The notes beneath the pieces are model-generated. The model searched no databases, was not told where the DNA came from, and worked only from the letters and a program-made list of their open reading frames with translations. 64,000 bases of DNA, from positions 47,306,001 through 47,370,000 of the forward strand of contig CM060733.1 in assembly GCA_030704615.1 (NCBI GenBank). The letters are read 5' to 3'. This DNA is from Takakia lepidozioides (taxonomy: Eukaryota; Plantae; Bryophyta). The position numbers and the translations under genes are program-made. Of this stretch, positions 46,121-59,227 are shown piece after piece (position 1 is the stretch's first letter; each line of letters begins with the position of its first letter).

Positions 46121-49100
46121 AGAGTCATGGACAGGATTCTAGATAGATGACATCATCATCTTTAGTGCTACGGTGGAGGAGCATGAGAGACACTTTCAGG
46201 TAGTATTTGAGCGCTTGAGGGCGCACGGATTGAAGTTACATCCGGAGAAGTGCAAGTTTTTCCACAACCAGATTAAGTATCTTGGTCACATGATATATCC
46301 TGGAGGATTGGGGGTACAACAGACTAAGGTAGAGGCCATTGCACAGATTCCATGCCCCACGGATGTGAGCCGAGTTCGAGCTTTCATGGGGTTGGCAAAC
46401 TATTATAGCAACTGGTGATATCCGGATCGTAAATCCAAAGTGCTAAAGACCTTGGCATGCCCAATGGCATCAAAGATCTCCTCTGGTGTTGGCATGACAT
46501 ACATATCGGACTTGGTCTGACGATTTACAGGCCGGTAATCACCGCACATACGTCTCTCCGTCCAATTGCCATAGACATCCTTCTTGGCTGGCATCACTGT
46601 GGCTGAAGCATACTCTCCACCAGATAGCTCCACCAAACCAACCTCCCAGAGGTCCTGAGTCCTCATCTGAATCAAGGACCTCTCCATGTCACTGTATCTA
46701 TAGGGTCTCCGAAAGATTGGCGTGTCAATGGCCAATTCAATGCGAATCTCTTGACCCTTCAGTGCTCCCAAGTCCTTCAAACTGAAGGCAAAGCAGTTCC
46801 TGTAAGCCCTCAAGAACCACCGTATACGTCGTCTCTCTCCTCCGGTGACTATGGGTCCAACATCAGGCTCTCAATTGTCCTCCGTGACTGCAACCTTGAG
46901 TCTAGCAGGCTTAGAGGTAGAAGACGCGTCCCGTGGTTGCTATGCTACCACCTCTTGAGCAGTAACCACTGCCAGCTCTGTCAGTGACAATGCCTCATCC
47001 TACCCCATCATTTCATCCTTGAGGACCTCCTCAACCCGAGAAAAATCCCCAACCTCATCCATTACCGCTGCCTTGACTGCCAAATCCCTCTGAACCTCGA
47101 GCACCTCCCATGTGTGTCATGGATGCGGCCTGCACCTCGTGGTCTGCACCTGTTTGCCCCCACTCGCTGCCTGTATCGTCTCCGTAGGCAGAGAGACTAT
47201 CAAGGGAAGTGTATTTCGTACTCTACACTGCTCAGCTATAGCCAAGCTGATAATCCACGTCAAGCAATTGAGATCCATTGCTTGCCCCAACACCTGACGA
47301 CGTGATGCCTCAGCATTGGGCTCCACGAACTGCTGCAACTGGCTATCCCACAAGAGGCCAGGTCCACCATCCTGGAAAGCATGATCCTGGAAAGCTGAGC
47401 AGTGTAGGCAATGCTGCTCGTGGGTGACCCACCTTATTGACCACTGCCAAAGGTGACCGGTCATCGTGTCTCACACGCTGAGACTGCCTCCCTATGTCCA
47501 AAATGCTATCCACCGTGAGATTTGGTGGCCGCTGCACCCCATCAAATGCACGCTTGAGCAGTGCAGGTGGCATCAAATTGGTCCACCATAGCCGTGGGCG
47601 ATGAGCCCGTGACCCCACTGCAACTGCATCCAGCAACACTGCTGACCCAAGCCAAGACCGCACTTGATGTACACTGGCCATCACCTTGGCTCGAAAATCA
47701 CCCATCAGTGGCACATTCTCCAAGATATATGCTGGAGAGTCTGTCTGCTGAAACTGTAAATAGCGCAGGACCCTCAACATCTCCCAAAACACGCGTGACC
47801 TTGAGTCTTGTAACCCATTGCCATGCCCGGCTGATGAATGCCCTTGGCAGGGCCAACCTGCCACTACCAAGTGAATAGGGCCAACCCGCTCCAAATCTTG
47901 CGCCCCCAGCAAAGAGATGTCTGCTGGCAAGGCTTGATGGTATCCACAAACTGCAGACACTGGCAACAAATCAGGGTACTGCTGCACCAACTGAGCAACA
48001 TGGCGCAGTGAGACATATCGTGCAGTCTCATCCCTCTCCACATACAGGTAACGTTGAACTCGTACACCTGCCTGCAGCACTGCAGCCAATCCAGTGCTGA
48101 TCCCGCCAAACAAGTCCAGAAGACATATGCCTTTATCCGGGCACTGCCACACAAGAGGTGTGGTGTCCAATGGTGACAACTGAGGTGGTCCTGGTGCAAT
48201 CACCGCACTCCCCTCCTCTCTTGACAGTACAAAGGCCTCTACCCAAGCTTGTTGCACCCGTCTATCAGCAGCCTACTGCAACTCCTTGCTCGTATCCCAC
48301 AATGGAGTGTGAGCAACCATGGCAGGCAACTCCGCCGTACCATGCATGTCATTCTGCTCTGCTGGAGGTCTGCATGTGCATTGCCCTCCAACAACTCTCC
48401 AGGCCAACTAACTGCAGCTGTGAAGGCTATTAGTGTTGGCATCTTGTCCTGTTGGGCAGCAGCAACACCCCCAATGAATGTCACAGGGAGCTGTACACGA
48501 CGACCATCCCCTGACTGCCATCCAGGCATGTAGGATGCTGACTTCTCCCAAAAATCCAGGGTGAAGCCCATGGGATACAACACTGCCCCACCAACGAGGA
48601 CATCATAAGAGATCGCGTCTGTCACAATGGCCTTGGCTCGCATCACTGAGCCATCTATAGGATGATCCGGCTGTAGTCTAATGGCCAACTCACGCCGTGT
48701 CATGCCCCGAGCCTGCTCTGATCCTCCCAGAGATGTCTTTATCTGGAGAGGACAAGGCTCCATATCCGCCTCCATGAGGCCCAAACCTACAATAGCAGCT
48801 CTGCCCAACATCAGTGGCTGAGCTCCCAAGTCCAACAAGACCCGCAGTGGCTGGTACCTCTTGCCTGCTGGTCCACGCAAAGAGAAAATACCATCCTGGT
48901 TGTCTAACAAGACAACTCCAGGTGTTACCATGGCGCGCTCAAAGGCTGGCCTAGCTGACAGCTCTGTCAACCTGGCAGCTGCAGCTTGCCATGGCGCAGC
49001 CATGGCAGTCTTGACCCTCAAATCTGAGGATCCCTCTGCCACTACACCTTCCACTAATTCCGCAGAAGATGAAGTGACCTCCCCACTCTCGCAAAGTGTT

Positions 49101-50449
49101 GCTGCTAGTCTGAACACTGCAGCTGGTCTTACCCTCCGGCATCGCAATCAAGGTTGCCAAGAACATTGGGGCCTGACACACAGAGGTGGCCGCCCCAAAC
49201 AACACACTGCCTGCACTAGCCTTGGCAGCAGGTGTCAGTGCTGCACGTGTAGCTCTCCCCAATGGCACAATAACCTTCGCCTCGATATCTGTGGGGCAAG
49301 AATTAGGTGCCATGGATGTCGTCGACACTGTCTCCGCCAAGATGAATGATTGAGGCAACCTAGCCTAACGGCTTGCCTTCCTACGCTGTGGATCCAACTC
49401 CACCTCTGCACCTCGTGGCTCAGGAACTCGTGTTGCTCCTCGAGTGACGGTTGCAGCAGACTCCACCTACACTAATGGTAGTGCACACATAAATCCCATG
49501 CCTCCCATATCTCCTCCGTCAGGATGACGTTGCTGAGGAGGAACAGGAGGTGGACCCTCAGGTCTTGGAGCTGGTACCACCTGAGCTGTGGCCATGGTAA
49601 CAAGCCTTTGCTCTAGCTGCTGAAGCCAGTTGGCCAAGCCTTGGTCAACGCCCTGACCTCCACGTCCTTGGCCATACTGTGTTTGCCCTCATCCTGCACC
49701 TCGTCCTCTCTGAGGTGCTCCACCTTGCCTCGGCCACCATTGTTCCCTTGGAACTGGCCTCACCCGCAACTCAGGGTGCAAGTCATAACACTGGGCATCT
49801 CTATGCCCATACTTGCGACAATGCCCACACTACAACTGTGCAGGCTGTGCTTGTGCCGGCCCTTTGCCACTTTCTGGGCAATCTTTCTTGACATGGGGTC
49901 GTCCACATGTCCAACATACCACCCTTGGTTGGCCTGCAAAAGAAGCTACTGGCCTCTACACCTGAGGTCCCCTATAAGCTCCATGGAATTTGGGTTGGGC
50001 AACCTTGCCCCCCTGACCATGCTGTTGGGCAGTCCCTTGTGCCTGTTGGCTAGCAGCTGCGCCTTGTGCAGGCATGTCCAAATCCAATGGTAACAACTCG
50101 CTCCTCCACCATGTTGAGCTCAATCCGCTCAGCCAGCGAAATACATCTGCTAATGTGGGTTGGGCCGTTTGTAACAGGGTTGCATCCCGCACCCTTCTCC
50201 TGAGCTCCTTGTCCAAAATTCCATACCAGAACTGGATTGCCTGAGCTTCAATAACCCCTTGGGTCACACTTATCAAGCGCCTCATACGAGTGTAGGCCTC
50301 TCGTAAGCTCTCACTAGATTTGCGCTAGAAGTCTTGCAAACTTCGCAGCTTCTCTGTCCGTATGCCTTGATAGTTCCTCCGCGAAGAACTCCACCACCGG
50401 GTTGAATCTAGGCACATATGTTGTAGTCGTGGCAGGAGGAGTGGTAGCA
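46121..50449 (-). mobile_element. Second, decayed copy of the DNMT-gypsy family (part of gag, PR, DNMT, part of RT); terminal RT piece 46121-46407 is inverted
   Basis: Collinear similarity to ~26097-30200. 46121-46407 matches the reverse complement of ~25664-25975. The right end is cut by a CACTA insertion. Confidence 0.93.
47260..48135 (-). pseudogene. DNMT3-like methyltransferase domain, copy 2
   Basis: ORF 47343-48257 carries LLDLFGGISTG, VVAGWPCQGHS, YILENV and SRAHRPRLWWTNL in one frame. RRQVLGQAMD follows after a frameshift, and motif IX is deleted. Confidence 0.9.
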
Positions 50450-51547
50450 CACTAAAAGCATTTGTGTCATTTACCACTGGGGTAACGACTCATTTTGAGT
50501 CGTAAAAGTCAAAAAAATGGGATCGACTGGAAGTTACAAACGACTAGTTACAACAGACGTGGTAGTTGGGTTGGACATCCAATGATTGGAGTGGTAAAGG
50601 ACGTAGACGCGCAAACAACTGCTCAACGATTAATGCGATTAATGCTGAAGAACCACATGGCGTAACCAGGTCGGCCGCCCGTGTGTCTGACCTTTTGGGC
50701 TAACTTTGACTTCTCCCTCCGGATGAGTGGACCGACTCACCCGGGGCGCGGTGACACATGGACGCGGACGTGGATGCGGACGTGGACGCCGATGTGGCGG
50801 CGCTGCGACGAGCGGCAACGCTGCCGCGTGGCCACGGGCCCAAGACGCCACATCACAGTCGGCCACATAACTTGGAGTGCTGTATGTCATGTGGCAACGG
50901 TGACTGGCGAAGTCGACCGCACAACTGCCGGCAGACGAATCCACAGGGACCACATGGAGAGTGTGTGGGTCGACGCGTGGCGTCGTCCCCATGCAATGGC
51001 AGTGAGGGGTACGACTGCTAGTGGAAAGACACAGAGTGTTTGTGCCCTCTCGGGACTGCTTTGGCCAACTCCGCTGCCACTGTGCTAGTTGGTTGCACTA
51101 CAGTAGGAAAGCACTACAAACGAGCACTTGTAGTGGTTTGTGTGAGTTGTCCAAATGACCTGCATTCTAAGCTGAAAGTATGGTTCTGATGCATTCTAGT
51201 GGTTTAAGTGGTTCACCCATATGCAGGGGGGATTGAGAAGCAATGATACTGGGCGAAACTCAGAAAACAGACCACGATGCATGCACAACATCAAGCTAAT
51301 GAACCAAATAGACGTAGTCCAGGGAGACCAAAGACCATCACACATACACATAGAAGGTGGACGGATACGACGACAAGTTAGGAAAATGTGATATTACATT
51401 CAAATAAGAGACCGTCACGGCACACCTGCGTATGAGCAAGACAAAATGCCAACATACATGGTTGCCGGACATCACATAAACTGTCATGGCCCAAATGTTT
51501 TCTATGAGTATCATTACACACCCAACAGGGACTACAAACATGAAATC

Positions 51548-54500
51548 TCACTTGATACTTTCACCTTTCCTCATACTCTTCTCTGGCCACAGAGTCACCG
51601 TGCCTTTCACGCGCGCTAGTGTGGTCTGGGGGGGGGCATCGTCCACATTTGGGCAAGGCAATGTAACCCTTGGAAGCATGATCTCGTGGACTTTCACCTT
51701 GTACCACCCGGAACGAATGTCCTTGCAGTGGAACTTGTTAACCCCGGCTATTCCCACCACTTCCGCCTTTGCGGCGGCTGTCTTTGACCGCTTGTCATTG
51801 GGGTTCAGGAGAAACACAGGATCTGATATCTGCAGACACCAACAGCAGGGTCCACTCAGCAACAAACATAGCAATGACAGGGTGAAAGTCAAGCGCAGCT
51901 GGGCATGGAAAAGATCTTGGTTGCCACGATACTGAATCAGCAGCAAATTCACGGTGTTGTCTGCTTCACCACTTGTAAAAGGAATTCTATTTTGTTTGCC
52001 AAGCAAGCAACGTACCTTGAAGCGAGGCTCGTCATTGAGGGTGGCAACTGAGGAAAGCTGCCCACGTGTCTTCAACTGCAGTAGCAAAAAGAGGTTTAGT
52101 CAGACGGATAAGAATAACATGAACTCTGGTGGCTGCAATGGTATAAACACACCTCCACGGAGCAAGCTAACAAACACCCTGCTCAGACCCTACACACTAC
52201 AACTTCCTGGCAAAAATAACCCTACTAGAAACCAGGCAAAACAAGGAGCCATGAATGCATGCCTGGGGAACCACGTCCTGCTGCGATGATGGTGTCGGGG
52301 ACAGCCCACTCCTCTTGCTCACCTGCAATGAATACACATTGCAACGCTTCAGGAAGTGTATCCATAAAGGAAACCAACCAAGTAAGTTTGCGGAGAGGGG
52401 CTGGGAACAACCATACCTTGGGCGCTGCCTCCTCATGCCGGGGGGCAGATCCGGAATGCTGGCGCCATAGCACTATGGTCCTTGGCGCAGGACCCACCTT
52501 CTTCACATTCGACCCTAGTGCCACTCCCTGTGGTCCCTGCAAAACATATAGTGCCAGCCTTGCGTGAGAGGGCATCCGGGGGGAACAAAACAAACATCTC
52601 TTTTGGCTTCGATGTCATGTTGCAAACAGTAAGGTTAGTTTCACCTGCATGGGCGCAGAAGCACTTCCCCCAACGACCCCATCCTCTCCCACATTCAAGC
52701 TGTCAGTCGGGGTCAGCTTCCGCGTGTTTGTGAAGACACGCACATCCTTGGAGCAAAACAAATCTTGGCAATAGGGCCAGACTGTTTCTTAAAGGTAGTC
52801 TGAATCGGGCCCCTCACTGACATTGCCAGTGACATCAAACGACAATGGATGGACCATGTTCAAAGGGGAGTTCCCCCTCCCCTTGTGTGGTGAATCATCC
52901 ACTAAGAGGGTGTTGGATTCGTTAAATCCAGAAAATTGCGACCACACCCTCGACAGTCTCTTCTGTAAGTTCTGTACGGCAGGCCCTTTTGTGGGGTGTG
53001 GCTCTATCAAGGGGTCACACTCTTCTTGTGATCACACAAAGAGGGGAGAACCCTTGACCCCCTGCATCACCACTTTCAAGATGTCTGCAACATTCCCCTT
53101 GGAAGCACAGGACCATATCCCAACGTAGAAATACCGGAAGAGAAGGTTTAAAAACTCGCAGACCTGGGGCCTTGGGAAAACATACTTGTTGGTGGTCAAC
53201 ACCCATGGCCAATGACGCCTCGGGTTGGGCTGAAAATTAGGAATAGAGTGGCACAGGATCCCGTTCAGGTCTAAAACAATTAGTTTCGACTTTTCAATGA
53301 AACGAGCTTTTGAAGGGGTGTCACGGGGTCTCACCTCAGTGGGTTGGGAGACAACAGTCACCCCGGAGGGCAAAGTTTCGGTCCCCCTGCAGCCTGGACC
53401 AGGCAAACTACCACCCTCTCCCCCTACAGCTTCCCCTTTTCCCCCATCATCAGCAATGACCCCCCCATCGTCCATGTCATCCCCACCAACTTGCTGGACC
53501 TCTCCCTCTTCAACGAGTGGACCCTGCCCCCCACTGTGAATATCATCAACAACAGGCTAGACCTTGGTCACATCCCTACCCACTACAATTACTTCCTCCT
53601 TGTCAGGTACAATGGTCGCAGCAGGGGGGTCTTCTATAATGCCACCCGTCACACCCCCTTTTTGCCCCATCATGAGTTCCACTATCTTCTTCAGTTGTGC
53701 TTCCATTCCCCTCTCCCGCTCCGCGAGAGAGCCGCAAGCCTCTCCAGGGCCCCAATGCGGGCTGCCATTGAGTTCCCCGCTCCCTACGCATACAAACACC
53801 CACCCGTACTGTTAAAAACCAGAAGAAGAGGCCGAATGTGCAGGATTTCAGGCATTCGGAGATGGCTGGGTTTGGCATAACACCCCTCGTGTACCATGCG
53901 TGGGGGCCCCACATACCCACCAAATCTTAGTACAACAACAGATTCATGAATGGAAACCGGACTTCAAAACATACCTGGCTCAAAACAGACTCTGATGGGG
54001 TGCCAGTCGCAGCGTTCTTTTGCTCCGCCCCGAGCTCGGACAGTGACGGGCTCCGCGCTTTGCGTCTTTTCTGTATTTGCCCATCCACACACTGTCAGTA
54101 CAAAATGCCAGGAGCATATGGACAAAGCACTGCCCTGCATATCACATAACAACTAATTCTGCACAAGGAATAAAACCCACTCGTGGGTGTCTCTTCCATC
54201 ACAACATGCCACAACGTAAGAGCAATGAGAAGGGGGTGTGGGAGATTACCAAACGGGCTGCTTGGCCTGCAACTCCTGCCCGGCCCCAACGCGAGGGGTT
54301 CGTGACACAAGCACGCGCTTGCTTCATCCCTTCGGCCTTTGCAAGTCCACGAGGGGACTCCCAGTAGGCAACAAGCTTATCCCAATAGGCGGGTTCAGTG
54401 TTCATTGGCCTCACACCAGTCTTTGCCCATTTATCTTTCAGTTTTGCTCTTTCTCCTTTCATTATCTTCCCACATTGCTTGACTATAAAATCACGATTGG

Positions 54501-55100
54501 CAGGGATAGGTGTGTACTCGTACATTCCATTTATGCCCTCTATTACTTTTGACATGGCACTCTAGGACTGCTGGTCAATGTCTTGTACGCTTGAGTCAAG
54601 GTAACGCAATGCCAGGCCACGCAAATCATGCTGCCAGTGTTCCTTACCTTCGCAGCCAACATTGATGACTCCATTTCCATGCACCTCCACCTTGTGGCGC
54701 TTTAGCCCTGCAGCCACCCTTCCCTCTCCATCTCCTTCCCATTGTTTCATGGCATGGCGTCGTTCCTTCCTTAAGCACTGATGACCGTTCCTACCCCCAT
54801 GCTCTGGAGCAGCGCCGTCATACGTTGTGGGGGGTGACTGATGTGTGCCGGAGGGGGGAGGGCCGTATGGAGATGTGGGAGGCCCCCATTGTGACGTGCC
54901 AGCATCAGGAAGCCAGCGCCATGACCCCGAAGCAGGGGGGGCTCCCCATGGTGCACTCTGTTGTGGAGACCATCCGGCAGGGGGTGGGTGCCAAGGTTGG
55001 TGTTGGTTGGCATTGTATGGTGGCTGTGAGTGCTTTGCTGCAGCTTCACTCCCCTTCCGCTGCCAAAAACATCCCACACACAAGGTGCATCAGCTGTAGT
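51548..55100 (-). pseudogene. CACTA ORF2 (TnpA-like) with an embedded FCP1/NIF-type HAD phosphatase domain
   Basis: Ptta/En/Spm-like WDKLVAYWESP..AKAEGMKQAR..GRAG (54260-54400). HAD motifs KLIVLDLNGIL, FPRPQVCEFL, VGIWSCA and NTLLVDDSPHK (52790-53290). C-terminal Tnp1-like FHCKDIRSGWYKVKV..LPCP..TLWP (51548-51830). In-frame stops present. Confidence 0.7.
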
Positions 55101-55639
55101 CCTACTGAACACAACGTCACCAGAGCACAAACCATCCCACAACCACAACCATAAACAGCAGACCTCAAACCCACTCCCCTGCAGCGCAAGTGCCAAAAAA
55201 TGAAAAGGAGAGGGACAGAATGTCCTCATAACATGTAAGGCCATTCATTGGTGAAGAAGCAGAATGTGGGCGGGTTCACATCAGTACCACATGAAACTTA
55301 TCAGGAAACAGAACATCCATCTGGGTTTTCCGCATATCCAGTGGACATCTATTCACACAATCATGTGCTGGTTGTATGTGCTTGCCCAGCAACGGAGCCC
55401 CAAAAGGCCTAAAGACTCTCAATGTTGGTAAACACAGGTGCAGACACAATTCAATTGATAGCTTGGATATCCGGTGGTCTGTCTGGTGATAGCACCCCGG
55501 GCAGTGAATCAGACAATGAATATTGTGTTTGTGGAGCCCACAGAACGGGCAATAGCACTCTCTCATCCCTCTCAGCTTCTGTTTGCTGTCCAAAGGTAAG
55601 CTTCCTCACCAAATCCACAATTTCAGTCTGGTGCACACA

Positions 55640-56760
55640 GTGGGTAGACCCTTCAGGTCATCCAGGATGTCCTCCCCTATGTCACAATCTATAAACAAGT
55701 TCATGGATGTTTTCTGCCTAACTTCTTTGTCATTACACAATTTTGTGGCAGCACACATGGCTTTGGACACTACAGTCTCTAAGTCACATGGTTCCAGCAA
55801 GGTCAAGACTTGACGATCCACATTCAGATCCTCGAGAGTCTTGTCTAGTCTCTTCTGGTTGGACTTGGCCTGTTTGGCTGGGCGGTCCTATTTCCAAGAT
55901 ATAGAGTCGATTAACTTACGATATCTGGTGTAAAGACATGTGTTGCAATAGACTCCACCATCTCACCAGCTATTCCCACCACTTCCGGTTAAGGAAGGGA
56001 TGCCAAACTCACCATGAACAGCCACATTGGCTATTTTGGAGCATGCAGACATCCATTCCTTAAGCACCCCCACTTGGAAGGATACTGCAGACCTAGCCTC
56101 GTTGGAGTTATCAACGCATATAGCAAATGCATACTCCAACGCAAGTGCAATGACGTGACAAAGCAACATTTCCTTGAGCTTAAAATTAGTCCCTCTGCAC
56201 ACAGTGGTAGACCCTTCGGTTTTTCCACGATGTCCTCCCCCATGTCACAGATTGAAAACATGTTCAGGGATGTTTTATGCCTAACTTCATTTTCATTACA
56301 CATTTTCTCTAGTAGCACTCACTTCCGTGGACACTACAGTCTCTAAGTCGCATTTATCCAGCAGGATGAAGATGTGCGGGTCCACATTCAGATCCTTGAG
56401 AGTCAATTCTACTGTCTTCTGCCAAGACTTGGCCTGTTTGGCTCGACGGTTCTGTTTCCAAGATATAGAGTTGATTAACCTACGATCTCTGGTGTAAAGA
56501 CATGTGTTGCAACAGACTCCACCATCTCACCTTCAATTAATCTCCGCAAGAGCTTAAGGAAGGGATGCCACACCCACCCCGAACAGCCACATTGGCTGTT
56601 CTGGAGCATGCGGACATCCACTCCTTAAGCACCCCCACTTGGAAGGATTCTGTAGACCTAGCCTCGTTGGAGTTATCAACCCATATAGCAAATGCGTACT
56701 CCAAGGCAAGTCCAATGACGTGACAAAACAAGGTTTTCTTGACCTCAAAGTTAATCCCTC
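55640..56760. repeat. Two diverged 564-bp tandem copies within an unknown CACTA cargo gene
   Basis: Anchors ggtagacccttc (55642/56206), caagatatagagt (55895/56459) and acagccacattggct (56018/56583). Confidence 0.85.
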
Positions 56761-59227
56761 TGTACGAGAACAATTTAGTGAGACTCGGCGCTTTGCCCTT
56801 CCTGTTTGAACAACTTTATGGATATGTGCATCCTAGTTTCAGTTTGAGGAGAACTCAACACCCAGAAAACATGAACACAAGTAGGGGTAGAACTCACCTC
56901 ATGCGCAGCGGGTTTGTGCCGTTTGCGCACCTTTTGGAGAGACTCTGCAGATGGAGGTGCAGTTTCCGCCGAACTGTCCTCCACGTCATCGTCGGTGCCC
57001 ATGCTATACTCGCTTGTGTCAGAATCCGAACTCGAAGACCACCCACCGTGCCGCCTTCCCTCTCGCACCGAGGCCATCACTAGAAGAAAAAACGGCTTTT
57101 TCCACGGCTCTGCCATCTCACACCTGGCACATTCCACGGCTTTTATCACGGGTCTGTACACTAAGCCAAGGTGTGGGTCTAAATATGCCCTAACTGTGGG
57201 GTGTCTCACATGTGGTCCACACCCCAGGCAAGAACGGTGTGAAAACAGCCATGAGCGTGGCAGGGGTTGGCTTAGTTTACATGGCATGTTACACACCTGT
57301 GTGAAATGGGAACATACAATTAACAAAAAACACAAGAAATGGGAACATACACAAGAAGGAGCCTGTGGCCTACTTTTGGTGCCTTGCAAATTGCAATAAG
57401 AGGCTCCGATCTGTTGGCAAGAAGTACCCGTTGCTCCACGATTACTCCCTGTGGTACACATTGACTGGCCTTCCATGCCCTCTCGGATGAGCACGATGTC
57501 ATGGTGATCATGGATCGAGGTGAGCGAGGATATACATAGTGTCATTGACATACACCGCAACGTAGATTCATGCACTGTAGCTTCCCGCAATCGTCTCATG
57601 CATGACGTTTTTGCTTCAGTTTTCAGCGTTGGTACTTGTGACGGTGTGATGGTTTGGGGGTGAAGCAGTAGCAATGCAGAGACTATCCACATTTCAGCCT
57701 GCGTACATTATCCTTTTGGGTTTTGCCTCAAGTTTATGTACTTAATTGGCCTCTCCTGTCAAAAACTGAGTGTCCCCTGTACGACGTTCAGCTTGCCTCT
57801 TGTTATCTACTTCTCAGACCTTTCAACCATACTGCTTATGAATCTGTAATACTTTTGTTTCATGTGTGGTGCAACAACTTGGTAATGGGCGGTAAAATTA
57901 CAAGTGCACATGTGGTGATGTCCACATTCAGAACAAATAACAGCACATCTAGATGGTTGAAGGCATAGCGCCCATGAGCTTCCAGCTCTAGCAAGAAAGA
58001 GTTTTATTTTCGGAAGGACCAAATAATGTGGGGGATTGCAAATCCATGCAAAGTACACACCCATAATGTGGACTGGTAATTGGTGTCTGTAACACATAAT
58101 GGTCTTTGGATTGCTCACCTCAAGCCCCCATACAAAGTATGTATGTTTTTCAAAGAAAGGTCATCTCTACAATTCCAACTCTCAATCATGACAAAGCGGG
58201 GTGGTACATGCAGAGGGATGAAGCACCGAATCTCACAAACATGAGAAACAGAGAGAAATCACAAAGCAAAAGATCAACTTTGGCTATATATGAATGAATC
58301 TCCATGATTCTGAATTCATGGGTTCCGAGGTGCCACATACCTTCTTGTGATTCATGAACATTCTCCTCCACCATCACATCGCCTCTAAATTGAGCAATGA
58401 TAGAAGCCTCATCCCTGTCACAGTGAGGGTTTTTAAACAAGCCAAAAAATAGAGTAACCGTGGAACGAGCCCTCTCTATGAGTAAGTCAAAGCCATCATA
58501 AATAGGGCCACATACTGTCATGTGCGGAGGAATTGAACCTGTAGCCAAACTGAATGGCTCTGCCCCATGCATGGCTCTGCCCATGTGACCTGCAAGCACA
58601 CAGTCAAAAAAGTGGGGGTTTACGAACTTGCCAAATCCCAAGCATGAACAGAGGGGTCCCATTAGTGGGGAAGACATGTGAATCAGCATCCACAGTTGCA
58701 ATGCCCATCAGATCCAACATGTGACTTGTTGTGCAGATTGTCCCCTGACTGCACCAAACCAAAACAAACATTATAAAGAAGTACATCCCCAACACATTGC
58801 ACCCAACCCCCACAATCTGAACACAGGGAAAATAGAGAGGGGGAGGGAGGAGCAGAGGCATCAGAATTCAGTTCGTAGCTAGAGAGTAAGTAAGGCATGG
58901 ATGTGGGCAGGGGGGGAGATAGTAGAGAGGTGGAGTAACAACTGAAGCAACCCAAAATGCCAACATGACGCTATTGCCCTTTTACCAGGAATCATCTTCC
59001 TCGCTGCTACATTCACAGGGAAAATAACCGCAACAAGTGGATGCTGCAGCACAGGATGTCCGCTGATTTGGGACTCAAAATGCGCCTCAGTGTGCCACTC
59101 AAAATGTCATATAATGCATATGTCATTTTACCAGGCCAGTGGCTGAGGCACAAGGTGTCCAGTGATTTGGAACTGAAAATGTCACTCAGTGTGTCGGTTA
59201 AAATGTCAACATGACGCTATTGTCCTT

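Noticed and set aside
46121-46407. LINE twin-priming origin of the inverted RT piece
   Set aside because: The inversion lies at the 3'-truncated end, and there is no poly(A) or TSD.
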